This document shows positions 27,194-42,143 of a DNA stretch of 64,000 nucleotides, piece after piece. The DNA is from Amoebidium appalachense. Lineage: Eukaryota; Protista; Ichthyosporea. Position numbers and translations under genes: made by a program. The notes beneath the pieces were generated by a model. That model did not search any database. It was given only the letters and a program-made list of their open reading frames with translations, and was not told the DNA's origin. Positions within the stretch are counted from its first letter, which is position 1. Every line of letters starts with the position of its first letter. Location: the NCBI GenBank assembly GCA_963693365.1, contig CAVNZM010000007.1, positions 9,111,962 to 9,175,961 of the forward strand, given 5' to 3'.

Positions 27194-28884
27194 TTTAGTA
27201 AAGACGCAAACGACAATACATGTACGTGGGCCAAGTGGCTCGGTGTGTACACAGATCAACGATATCTGTGCACACGGAAACGGGAAAGAAAGAAAGGAAA
27301 AGGGAAAAGGAAGCGAACAACAACAAACTAATAAACATATGTAGAACCCAACTTCTAAGTTCTTGCCGTTATCCATGTGTAGATGACATCCCCACTCAAG
27401 GGTTGGAAGTTGGGTTCTCGTGAAGTTTGTTGATGTGACTGTTGATGTTAACACTCTCACACCTTGTAGAAGCAGGTGTCGTGACGTCACACTCAAGTTT
27501 CCCCACTTGAGAAGACAATTGGAGAAGACTTGAAGTGGCAGGCCGGGGAAGAAAACCAAAACGGAAGAAGCACACAACGACGGTTGCCTCGGAAGACTCG
27601 GGACATGACGGTAGTGACGGTAGCCAACGACGATATATATATAAAAGAAACACTAGTGTATGTGTGACGTGTTGGTGGCTAATGTTTTATACTGGGGACC
27701 ACCCAGATAAACACAAGGCATAAACATCTTGTGGACTGATTTATAGACTGGTGGTCAACCAGTTAAGACACGGGGAAGGTTCGTCCCGTGGACTAGGTTT
27801 AGACTGGCAGTCAACCAGCTCGCCATGGCTATAGATATTTATCTATACTGGGACGCCATCCCAGTTCGACATATACATAAGTCGAATCTAGAAGAAAATG
27901 AAAATATATGGTGGGATATTAATATAAATAAACGACGGATGGTGGAGAAAGAATTCCCCACTGAAGATGCACACACTTGACGATCGAGGAAGACAGCAGT
28001 AGACGTTCGTTGGGAGGTGTCTCTACACGATTATGTGTAGACCACTGGCCAGGGCCCCAACCTACTTGAAGACCACTGTAGATGAATGGAGGGGGGGAGG
28101 GGCACACTCAGTCACGAAGACTGAGGGAGCCACGGTGCTGCTCGATCGCGAGGGAGGGCCCAGGTAGGGCCTTGGTGAAGATGTCGGCCACGTTGTCCTT
28201 GGTGGACACGTAGGTGACGACCACATCCCCACTCTTGATGTAGTCCTTCGTGTTGTGGTACCGGACGGCAATGTGTTTGGTCCGGTGCTTGATGCTGTTG
28301 GTGTGGAGGAGGGCAATGGTGGACTGATTGTCACGATAGACGGGGGTGGGGTCAGTCATCGGGTAGCCGAGTTCACGGAGGAGATCACGGTGGCAGATGA
28401 CGTCTTGGACGGCAGCATTGATGGCCAGAAGTTCGGCCTCGGTTGTGGATGTTGCCGTGATGGACTGTAGCTTTGAATACGTGACGTGATGGGGATGCCC
28501 TTGAAGAGGATGACGTAGCCGGTAGTGGAACGACGGGTGGTGGGGCAGCCAGCAAAGTCAGCATCAGAATAACACTCCAGCAAAGGGGTGTTGTCGTCGG
28601 ATGCAGACTTGTCGTAGTGGAGGCCGAGGTTGGATGTGCCGTTGTGGTACCGAACCACACGGAGCAGACATCACCATGCAAGTTTGGTGGGGTTGGCACT
28701 GAATCTGCCGAGGTAGCCGATGGCAAAGGAGATGTCGGGCCGGGAACAACGAGCAACCCACAAAAGACGGCCGAGGAGTTCACGGTAGGGAACCTTGGTG
28801 CACGTGGGTAGTGAGTCGATGTTCTCGTCAATGGTGATGACGGTGCCGACGGGGATGGGGGTGGCCTTGGGGTTGTGCCCCCTC
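27194..28884 (-). mobile_element. Decayed Ty1/Copia LTR retrotransposon 3' portion (RT C-terminus, RNase H, 3' UTR, PPT and start of 3' LTR)
   Basis: YRELLGRLLWVARCSRPDISFAIGYL, YSDADFAGCPTTRRSTTGYV, STTEAE, DNQSTI, RTKHIAVRYH and NVADIFTKAL are Copia RT/RNase H motifs, interrupted by a stop and frameshifts. PPT-like TTGAGTGGGGA is followed by TGTCA at ~27388 on the - strand. Confidence 0.88.
27692..27887. repeat. Degenerate ~56-bp tandem array of paired stem-loops in the Copia 3' UTR
   Basis: CTGG-N7-CCAG hairpins at 27692, 27748 and 27804 (period 56) and a variant at 27848, alternating with CAC...GTG hairpins at 27712-27733 and 27769-27790. Confidence 0.7.
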
Positions 28885-30002
28885 AAAGCACTAAGGCACC
28901 CACAGTGACGACAAAACCAAGCAAAGCATCCCGATGAATGTGTCACTGATATGAAGATGGGTGGGGAAGCTTCTAACACATGAAGCATATTATGTCGGAT
29001 GAACTTCGTTCTGGGACTCTGCACTGATTAATATTACACACACCCAGACAATTTCAGTTTCTATATATGTGATGGCCATATATTCAACCAGAACACGGCG
29101 AGGCTTGAAGTGCATCAAAGTACCATCTAATCCCATAGCCTCTTATACTCTCCATTAAAGTACTTATAAGTTGTGCACCATCATACAGTCGAACGGCGAA
29201 AATACCATCAAACGAGTCAAAATGTGTCTTTTGATAAAGTAGGAGTCATTTGTACGGATGCGGGTGCTAGCTGCAGGAGGGGAATGGATGGAAGAGGGAG
29301 AGAGGGGGGGGAGGGGAAAGGGGAGGAGGAGAGGGAAGGGGGAAGGAGGGGAGGAGGGAGAAGGGGGCTGAACCGTTTTCAAGGGGGAAGGGGGGAGGGA
29401 GGGAGGGGTATGGGGGGGCGGGGGGGGGGGGGGGGGGGGGGGGTAGGTACGCTGGTGCCTATGTATTAAACGTTCAATGAGGCACATTCGATGCACATTA
29501 GATTTAGAGCGGGTTTGTGTGTGTCTCCATAACGTGGGCCTGCATGAAGGTAGATTAATGCCGTTCTATGCCTGTGTGCGCCACACATTGTATGTGTGGT
29601 TACGACAAAGAAAGGAGTGGGTTGGGTTCTGTGGGTCACCGTTGCAGACCCCTGTGTTCCATTTTTACAATGTTGTGGAGCGCCATGTGTATGTGTGTGT
29701 GTGGGGGGGGGGGGGGGGGGGGGGGGGGGGATGGTTGATAAAAGATGCTGAATTGGTGTGGATTTTACTATCGATCGCAGTAATACTAAGACAGAATCGT
29801 TTGCGTGATGAAACTCCGTCTTGCACTGAATGCTCGCATTCTTGGAGCTCTCCCAGATAGGCAAACCAAAAAATGCCCACCTAAACATGGTCGACCTTTT
29901 CAAACTACATCTTGAGCATTAGTATGTCCACAAGTACAGATTTCTATGTCACGGCCATAGCTACAAAGTTCACAGCCACAACCCCCATGCACCATCCGGA
30001 TA

Positions 30003-31875
<1,873 letters not shown>

Positions 31876-32576
31876 TATGGTGGAAGCGGCATTGCCTGCC
31901 TGCTAACTTGCAGATATCCACTGCTGGAATCTGCACCACACATATCCCAGAGACCGCGAATATAGAAGTGTGGATAATGATCAATGGGCTTATATCCCGG
32001 AACTATCCCAGCATCCGCATTAGTTCTGCTCGTGCATTTTTCAGATGCCAAATGGATCCCCCGGCCGACATGCACGTACAGTATATCTAACGGATATCCA
32101 ACCATCGGCACTCCCGTGACGGCATCCTTCTTGTTCACCACTCGAGCTGTTTTCGAGCCCAGCTGCAAGTCATTGTCGTATATCTCCCGAAATTTCTCAT
32201 CTCCCACACGGGGGGATCCATATGTAAAGACACCAACAACTTCGAAATTCAGATCCGGTTTTCCGCCTGAGGCAACCCACGCTGCAGCAAGGGTTGCCAA
32301 AGCCCCCCACGGCTGTGCCCCGTGAAAATCAAAGGACACGGTGCTGCAAATTTACTATTGAACCCCCGCCATGTGTCGCATACACTTCGAATTTCCTCCC
32401 CTAGGCGTCCAGCTTCTCCCATTTCCAGAAGACTTGTGTGGAAACCGTTGTGTACACGTGATTGGGCGCCGGTCTTTCCATACATGGAAATCGTGTTAAG
32501 GCGGGCATCCAGGTTGCTCACCCAATCGCTCTGGAGAAGGAGAAGTTTTTATTTGTGGCGGTGGGGGGTTGGGAGG

Positions 32577-32610
<34 letters not shown>

Positions 32611-33150
32611 GAGAAGGAATTTATAAATGAACAATTTATGAAATGAAAAAAGCGGTCACATTTGAAGAGGAGTGCTTGCAGCAATCAATCAGAATCAAAG
32701 CCACAGCCAACTGCAGGGGGCAGTGGTGATTGGGTTGTGTTTTGTCAGGGAGGGAGAGGGGGGAGGGGGGTGAGAGGGAGGGGGAGGGGGGAGGGGGAGG
32801 GGGGGGTTATGGATTGGCCACGTGTGTAAGCGCGTGTGTCTGAGTGGGCTGCAGATCTGTTTGTTGTGTAAGCACAAGCATTTTTGGCCCACAGCGCACA
32901 CCCATGGTGCATATGCGCGCACACATGTGTGTGTATGTTTGTGTGTGTCTGCATGTGCGTGTGTGTGTGTGCGTCTGTATGCAGTGTGTGTGTGTTTGCG
33001 TGCGTGTGTGCGTGCGTGTGTGCGTGTGTGCGTGCGTGCGTGCGTGCATGTGTGCCTGAGTGCATGTGTGCGTGTGTGCATGTGTGCGTGCATGCGTGCG
33101 TGCGTGAGTGTGTGTGTGCGGAGTGTGTGTGAGTCTGTGTGAGTGAGCCC

Positions 33151-33209
<59 letters not shown>

Positions 33210-33277
33210 TATGCGTGCATGCGTGCGTTCGTGTGTGCATGCATGTGTGCGTGTGTGTGCGCGCTGATGTGTGTATG

Positions 33278-33352
<75 letters not shown>

Positions 33353-33479
33353 CGTGCGTTCGTGTGTGCATGCATGTGTGCGTGTGCGTGTGCGCTGATG
33401 TGTATATGTATGTATGTGTGGATGTGTGTGTGGATGTGTGTGTGTGTGTGTGCGCGCGTGCGTGTGCTCGCGTGCGTGC

Positions 33480-33657
<178 letters not shown>

Positions 33658-33765
33658 TTCAGGGGAACAACCTGCCACGGTTCGTTGATGGTGCCCTGAA
33701 ACACGGTCACCACTGCGTGTTTGGTGGCGAATATCATTGCCTGGTTGTGCTCCGGCGTGTCCAGG

Positions 33766-33867
33766 TACCGTGTACTCCGTGCCCCCAAGCACTCTATCCA
33801 CGTGTGCATGTGCACGTACCGTGTACTCCGTGCCCCCAAGCACTCTATCCACATGTGCATGTGTGCA
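33766..33867. repeat. 51-bp in-frame tandem duplication in lipase exon 1
   Basis: GTACCGTGTACTCCGTGCCCCCAAGCACTCTATCCAC(G/A)TGTGCATGTG x2, encoding HMH(M/T)WIECLGARSTRY twice. Confidence 0.85.
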
Positions 33868-34887
33868 TTGCCCATGTGGTAGACTAGCCAGCTAGCATAT
33901 GCAAGAAGGTAGCTAGTCTGTGCTGCTTTGCGCAGTCTTTTTTGCTCCGGTAATGCCGATTTGATCACATGCATTTCGTGCTGTATAGTGGTCGCATTGT
34001 GGGAATACCACGCCGTATTTTTGAGGCAGCGGAGTAGGTACCATAGGCAGCCCCGTGATAGGCGGTGTGGTGGGCACGAGGGGGTAGTAAGTGGATGCCC
34101 AATTTGTTGCAGCAGATGCTGCATATGCAAGGCGTGTAATGGCAAGCATTTTGTTTGTCTACAAAATCGTCACAGGAGTTGTGAATTGCAATCAAAAGAA
34201 CATATATCAGCCGGTATTGTATATATAGGAGAAAAACCTCTTGTGAAGTTCAAGTCACCAACCTCGACGGCAGGAGTCTCTGGAGTGCTGTGGCCGGTGT
34301 CGTGACGCTGCGAGATCTGTAGGAATGCAGATCTTGGCTAATACAGCTTGCTGATTTGTCAACGTTTTTGATTGGTAAATTGCTGATTGGCCTATTCTAC
34401 ATCAAAACAAATGCCCCATGGATTCCGGTGCCCCGGGGCCGCGGGCCCGCGGCCCGCTGGTGCACGGGGGCTGGCCGTTAGGTGGGTTTTAAATTTTAGG
34501 TTGGCAAAAATATATTTGTTCCTACTTGGAAGAGCATGCACTACCTCCAGTGAACGCCTCATGCTGTTCCTGTATGTGCCTTGTCACTCAGTACTCCCAT
34601 GTAGGTTAACTGTCATGTGTCAGCCACGTATGTTCAACGTGCACACGAAATAGCCGTGGTACTACCACAGTGCGGTACATTTATGCATACGTTCCGCTAG
34701 TATGTATGCCAACTTCAATTCCTTGGGCTAGCTAGCGCTGTTGTACTATGTACATAAACCCCACTCCAAGCCCCTCGAATATCCAAAGCAGGCCACAACG
34801 TAGAGCAAAGCTAAATATAAATGCAACAGCGATTTTGTTGAGGCTTTTTAGCTTCAACACAAACCCGGTACATACCTTACCCCATTT

Positions 34888-34918
<31 letters not shown>

Positions 34919-34979
34919 TTCTCCACCCCCCCCCCCCTCCCCAAACCACACACGCACACACACGTGCACACACACACAC

Positions 34980-35017
<38 letters not shown>

Positions 35018-35127
35018 CTCTCTCTCTCCCCCCCCCCTCTCTCTCTCTCTCTGTCTCCTCTCTCTCTCTCCCTCTCTCTTTCCCTCTCTCTCACTCTCAT
35101 CTCGCTCGCTCGCTCTCTCTCGCTCGC

Positions 35128-35195
<68 letters not shown>

Positions 35196-35227
35196 CCCTC
35201 TCTCTCACTCTCCTCTCTCTTCTCTCT

Positions 35228-35320
<93 letters not shown>

Positions 35321-36206
35321 ACTCATGGGTACACTTGTACACACACACACTCCGGGTCCCCATCCCACCTGGCCAAACTTCAACCCGGCAGTCCAGCAAC
35401 TTTCCAAGCCAGGAAGTGCTGCAGAATCGATTGGTCTTGTCGTATAAAACTAGCAAACTGTTGCTTTTGTTCCTTTTTTTGGGGAGGGGGGGGGGGGGGG
35501 GGGGGGGGAGGGGGTCGGTGGGGTGTTTTTAAGTATTTTTCATTCGGGTGGGGTGGGTAGGTGGGGGAGGGCGGAGAGGGGGGGGAAGGGGGGGGGGGGG
35601 AGGGGGAGGGGGAGGGGGGGGGGGGGGGAGAGGCTTGAGGCATTCACAGAATTTGTAACGCAGGTATACCATGGCCAGTGAATACTGCTGACCATCCTAT
35701 ATTATTATGATTTATAATTTACCATTTGACGCGGGAATCCAGTCCCAGCCCGTTGAATGTGCAAACATTTTGTTCATTCAGTTTGGTCGATCTAGAATAA
35801 CCTCTCGAATCTCGATAAATGTGTCAGCTGTCCTACGTGTGAATACAAAACTGTACATTAAAAAGAACGGTGCCGAGATTCATCAATATTTATCGCGGCA
35901 CAAATCATCGTTCAACATCCCTCGAGTCAAACAAACTTCATTCATATCACACAGTCCTTAAAAAACAGAACACACCATTTTCTTCTGCTAGAATGCTTCT
36001 CAAAATACGTACCACGTAACGCCAAAATCTTAAAAGTCACAAATCCTTAGTTTGGTTTGGCGCCAGTTCCCCCTGCCTTCACACTTCAACTGTAAAACAA
36101 CTTGAATATATATCGTCCTTTAAAACTTAGCTTACAAATATATGTTTCCCACCTTACACGGTGCCGCACATACATTCAACCATAAACCAAGCGTCGTTGT
36201 CTGGCA

Positions 36207-36461
36207 TTAGTTGGAGCACGTACCCTTTTCGTTCAGATACCATGCACCGGATGCCTGCATGTATGCCAGTTTGCGCTCCATCCGACCCTGTGTTTCAAAA
36301 AATGCATGCTGTGAGCAATACGTTCACACCATGGTTGTACTCGAACCACTTGACTAGGCTACTGTTTTAAGCTACACCGTTAATATTGGTGCGCTTTCCA
36401 ACACAAGGCCGCAGCCTTCCATCCATCCCCTCCCTAATCCTCCCCCCTATCACCCTTTTCA

Positions 36462-36498
<37 letters not shown>

Positions 36499-38456
36499 GG
36501 GGGGGGGGGGAGGGGGGAGCCAATCAAAAAAAAAAAAAAAAAAAAAGGAACGAAAACAACATGGGTTGCTCCAAAAAAAAAAAAAAAAAAAAAAAAAAAC
36601 CAACACTAGGCCCCTCCCATCGGCCCTACAACTGACACGCAGACATCCGCACCACCAGCACACACACGACAGCAACTAGACACCCCTTGTCTACACACAT
36701 ACCCACACCCACAGGCACCCACCTTCATGTAGTTGGTATGCACCACGGCAGGGATATTCTCCCCGTGTGCCTCAACAAACTGATCGTGGTTGATGAAAAA
36801 CGCTCCGCCGTTAGGAAACAGTGCTGGATCGAGGTAGCACATGCGCAAGGTGTCGTATGTCTGGTTACGGCGGAGTGTGCGTTCATATGGCTCCTCAGAC
36901 GGGAAATGGACCTCCCAGTCACGGCCCTGCCTCAGCTGCTGCAGAGTCACGTGCAGTGCTCTCTGCTCCCTGCTGCCCTCCTGCAGTGTGCAGATACAAC
37001 AGGTCAGTGAGGCCAGAAAGAACAAGACGTGTAAAAGGGGAGGTTATGATGTGTGGAATGCAGGAGAACTTTGGGCACAGTTGTACGCTTTCTGTCGGCA
37101 AAGAGCTATGAGGAGAGAGCAGGGTCTTCGGGTGAGGAGTAGGGGGGGGGGGGGGGGGTGTAAACTTTGATGCGTCTCGGGGACACAAAATTTGGCGTGG
37201 CGGATTGGGGACTCGTACCCCAATCCTCGTGGCTGCGAGCTGGGAGCTCTAACCGCTAAGCCAAAAGGTACGCGCGCTGATGGCTGATCCATCATGCGAC
37301 TTTTGTTCTATTCGAGTGATCAAGTACATAGCGAATACAGAGCGGATTTGTATGTAAGCGAGCACGCGAACGGCGCGAGTTTACAGGGGGGGATGGGGGG
37401 GGGGGGGGGGGGGGGGGGGTTTACAGCTTACGAAGTATACATTCACAACGAACAACAGAATGAGCTCAGTGTGCAACAAAAGAGGAGCTCGGGGGAGGGG
37501 GGAGGGGGGGAGGGGGGGGGGGGGGGGGGGGGGGGGCAAGTAGACTACAAAACCGTGTTTCAACCCATTCACTTCATACACCTCACATCCAACCCACTAA
37601 AATGGGGGGAGAGGGGGCAGGAGGGGCGGGTGGGGGGGGGGGGGGGGGGAGGGAAGGGGGGGGGGGGGGGGAGGGGGTCTTACAGCGCAGTTGAATGCAT
37701 TCTGCCAGACACGGTAGAGTCTCAGGACGGCAGGGGAGCTCTTTGCAAGGTAGACACCACAGTTGAAGGCCTTGATGCCCCGGTACTCGGCAAGTGTGAA
37801 CTTGTCCTGAATGCATCATAGCAGGCCCTCAGTATTCAATGCTCCTTTAACCAACACCAAACCAGCAAATATTTACAAATCTCCATCTCCCTCACCAGCC
37901 TTCGAATAAACATACGCATGTATCATCCTCTGCAATTGTCCCCTCCCCGCACCCCCCCCTTTCCCACACCTTCCCCCCCCCCCCCCCCCCCCCCAATCAC
38001 ACACACACCACCACTACCAGCCACCCTCAAATGCACTCAACACAGATGCACACATGTGCAAAGAGATCTTGGCATACAGACTCATCCATCCACGTATACC
38101 AGGACACAAACTACACCTCAACAGCCTGGTCAAACTGGCTAACCCCCCCCCCCCCCCCCTGCGCCCCCCGGCCCCCCGGCACAGTGCATATTTTTGCATC
38201 CACACCCACCCATCTACACACCTTCCTATCGGGCTGGAACTCCAGGTCACAGCTGCTTACTGTGGGCAGATACTTGAATGGATTCTGCAGCAGAGATGTG
38301 TCCGCATCGGTCACAAACACATCGTAGCCCATCTCCAGGATGCTGGAAACAATCGTCACCTGTTGTGCCATCAACATTAGTTGGCAGTGCATGTAAAAGG
38401 CACAGGAACGCGACGCGACATAGGGGGTTTCTATTCTGTTTGGGGTTTCTATTCTT

Positions 38457-38487
<31 letters not shown>

Positions 38488-38731
38488 GGGGGGGAAGGTG
38501 GGGGGAGGGGGGTTTCGGCCTAGCAGAAGGTGAAGGACCACGGGCTACTTTTTTTTCCCCGTGACTCTGCAGCCATATAAATTTCAGGCATAGGCACAAA
38601 GAAAGAGGACTAAGATGGAGAATTTGCTCACCTTAAAGGACATGAGCCTCCTCCACACATCTTCTTGGTCGTCATCCTCTCGGTCCCAATTGACCTGTGT
38701 GCGTGTGTGCGTGTGTGCGTGTGTGTGTGCG

Positions 38732-38762
<31 letters not shown>

Positions 38763-40723
38763 TGTGTGTGTTGTGTGTGTGTGTCACCGTGTGGGGGTGT
38801 GAGCGTGCGTGCGTGTGCACCGGGGGGGGAGGGGGGGTAGAGGGGGAGAGGCGTGCGCGCGTGGGCGTGGAAGTGTGCATGCCTGCATGCAATGTGGCAA
38901 AGACCACAAGATGGATACAAGATAAGTAAACCATTGTGTTTCCCTTCTCAATGTGAACGAGAATAAAGCTGATCAACCCCGTCAACTGAGCACGCATTTA
39001 GAGCTAATACTGCACTGCAAAATGAAAAACAGATGCACACATGCCGGAACCACGGGACATAAAATTGCACGGCTTGCCTGCACATGCGACACAACACCTG
39101 CCCAACACCCATAAGACCACTGGTGTCCACACACATGACATGAAATTCCCCGTTTTTCCCTTCATTAATAACACCTAACCGAAACTTCATTTCCGCGTAG
39201 TTTTGGAACCCACCTTATGTCCGGCAAAAAGGGCCTCATCGAAAAACGCTGACTGTTCATCCCCTGTGAACTCCACTACATTGTCACGTGTCTCCGAGTC
39301 GAATGCAATCACGAGATAGTTCTTTACACCGTGTGCCTGCAATATGCAGTGTTTGTGTCAGTACAGCCATGCCCTAGGAATATGGCCGTCGATAGGGGAA
39401 GAGGGGAGGGGGGGGGGAGGGGGGGGGGATCATATTGTGGTGGTGGTGGTGGTGGTGGTGGTTGGGGGGAGGGGAGGGAGGGGAGGAGAGGGGGGGGGGG
39501 GGGGGAGGAGGGGGGGGGGGAGGGGGGGGGATGATTCAGGGGATATCGAAACGGGTAAGGAAGTTTGGGAGTGGGTCGAAAAAATGGGTTGTATTAGAGA
39601 ATCCATAGATAAACAGAAATGGTTGAATACAACCACATGTAATCCGAGCTATTTGCCAAGGCTTTTGCAATTGCTGCGAAGTGTCATGCAGGCACATGAT
39701 ATGGTTCATGCATGCAGCAGGGGAAAAACTTAAATGGTGCTAGAAACGCCCAGAACAAAGAGAAAAGATGATTATCAACGTAAATTCAAAAGAATATAAC
39801 TTAAACTTGAGATATGCAGAACTGTCCCAACCAAGGAAAAGCGAAAAAGGATCAACAACTTTCCTTTCTCAAAACATATTTGAAAACTATTCCGACAGCC
39901 GGATTCCTGACACACATACCTTCAAGGAGCAGAGCCAGTTATGCAGTAGCAACGTTTGAGAAGTGGAAGCAAAGGTGAGCATCACAGTGTTCCGGTGTAT
40001 TCTTGGTGTGACGGCCTCAGCCAAGACATCTTTGGTCACCTGCAAACAGAACCCATGAGATTACTGCAACACTAAAAAAACAGACACTTTTGTGGTGCAC
40101 AGTATCCCTCGATTATGATAGCCCTCGGTTTCTCTGCATTCGCTCGTTATGTCGCCTCATCAAGGATTCCCGCTGGTTTTGTTAATGATGGTGTTTTCCC
40201 TACAAGCAACTGCAAACACCTCTGTATTTTCCCTACAAGCAAATGCAAACACCTCTGTACATGCATAAATCAGCTACGGGTAAAGCAAAAAAAGTCAACT
40301 GGTGCTTAGAACTGTCATTATCGACAATAAACTGTGATTTTCGTCACCACAAAACCCTGCTTTTCAGCATGCTTTTTCCAAATAAGAGGCAATTGCTTCG
40401 ATTGGAGACAAACTTTGATGCCCAAATTCTAGTGTGTCCAACCGTAATCCACAGACCTCAAGCCCCAACACACTTCAAAAAAGTCTGCACATTTACGCGT
40501 GTTAGAATACGAATAAGCCTTCGGGCTGTACCTTGTTCTCGATCCAAGCATCCGGCGGGAGTAGTGTGCACGGGGAGGACGATCTTGCCTGTGGTGTGAC
40601 GAGAACGTGTACACTATATAGGTTGTCCAGGGTACTAGCAAGCAGCAAGGCCGCGCCTAGGAGAATAAGAAGGCGCAAAAGCATGCGCCAAGGATAGGAA
40701 AAAAACATCCTTTTGTGTGACAT
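36207..40723 (-). CDS. Nucleotide-diphospho-sugar transferase (GT77/PF03407-like), type II membrane glycosyltransferase, 8 exons
   Basis: Exons 40723-40532, 40039-39920, 39336-39214, 38694-38632, 38359-38222, ~37806-37684, ~36980-36723 and 36287-36207. N-terminal signal anchor, LHNWLCSL, LVIAFD, GYDVFVTDAD (DxD), FNCGVYL, LDPALFPNG, VVHTNY and K.AYMQASGAWYL are characteristic of the family. Confidence 0.85.
37159..37385. mobile_element. 227-bp TG..CA element (solo-LTR/TRIM-like or Ginger-like) containing a tRNA-derived Pol III cassette, intronic
   Basis: 8-bp terminal inverted repeats TGTAAACT/AGTTTACA, flanked by poly-G on both sides. On the - strand there is an A-box TGGCTTAGCGG and a B-box-like GGTACGAGTCC in a 9-bp stem-loop. 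Confidence 0.6.
40194..40259. repeat. 33-bp tandem duplication (intronic)
   Basis: TTTTCCCTACAAGCAA(C/A)TGCAAACACCTCTGTA x2. Confidence 0.85.
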
Positions 40724-42037
40724 GGGTGCTTTTAGTCTGTTGGTGTATGATGTTCGAGAGAGATCGCTTTGTTTGAGACATGTCAACGGGGTAATCATGT
40801 GTGGGTTGGGCTCCGAAACGGGTTTCCTTTGCGGATGGTAGACACAACTATCTAAAAGTGCGGGTACACCAACTTTTCAAACTCTGAAAAAGGCTTTAGT
40901 AGTTGTGAATACACGAGAGCTCTGATAGAAAAATTGAACAGGTTGATGTAGCTCGCAATCATTGGCAAGCTCCACAAGTCTGATCTAGATCACACGAATC
41001 TTGTGCCGATGTAACATGCAGCCGCATACAAACAAGTAATTTTAGAGACTTCTAAGAACATACATCATGTAAGGTTACACTTCAAAAATCCCTGTAATGC
41101 TTCTTTCAGTAGGAGGAGCGAGAAAAAAAAGAAGGCAGGAGCATAAAGAGTCAACAGCACTACACGAAACTGACGTGCACAAAGCCTTGTGAAGGCTGCC
41201 TTGGTGCGAGACATGTACATGCGTTACTGGGCTTACGTGATTGGTTGGGTCACTATCTTTGGAACGTCGATACTAGATGACAACGAGAGATAAGCCATAT
41301 ATGGCAGGTAATTTGACGGTAATTTACTGTAGGAGCCAATTGGAATGAACATAGATAGCAATACCCCGCACCGCCACTTTATTGGTTTTTGAGGCACCGT
41401 TGTAAACAGATAATTGGCTAATAATGCACCGTTCAGGTGGTTAAAGACATAATTGGATAACTGTCACACATTAGATTAGGCGCCACGGGCTGCGGTGGAG
41501 CAGCGCGGCTCCCACCATGGCCAGTTGGCCCAGTTGAATCATCGAACTCGCATGTCGTAGATCCACAAGATTCCGAGGTGTTTCTTTCGCTGTGTTGCCC
41601 AGCCACGGGACACGGGGCCGTTTTGTTGAAGGGGCGGACCCCGGTATAAGAAATTATAAGAGTGGGCAATAATTGCCGCCCTCTTATGACTGAATTTCTG
41701 AAACAAAAGTGTCTAAGTCCAGCTCAAATAAACTTCGTTGCCTTATGTATGTTATAATAAGCTCGAGGATGCCGTCTGCGCCGACTTTGCTCTCATGGAT
41801 GACGGACATGCACACACAACCTTTGTACCGGTGTACGGTGTGCGTGTCTGCGCGCGCGCATGTGTGGGTGGAAGTGTTCGTATGCAATGATTAGCGTGTG
41901 TGTATGTAACGGTTTGTGCATTTGCATGTGTGTAAACACGTCTGTGTGTGTTTGTGTGGGTAGGCCTAGGTGGGTGGGTGGATGTGGCGAGTGTGCGTCT
42001 GTGTGCCTCCTGGGCCTGTGTGTGCGTGTGCGTGTGA

Positions 42038-42079
<42 letters not shown>

Positions 42080-42080
42080 C

Positions 42081-42143
<63 letters not shown>

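Noticed and set aside
27692-27887. Hairpin array as a CRISPR-like repeat-spacer locus
   Set aside because: Only 3-4 degenerate units, the intervening segments are homologous to each other, and there is no associated nuclease. Kept as a structured-RNA finding instead.
37195-37285. Functional tRNA gene
   Set aside because: A and B boxes are present, but there is no pairing acceptor stem or clear anticodon arm, and T-loop TTC is replaced by TAC.
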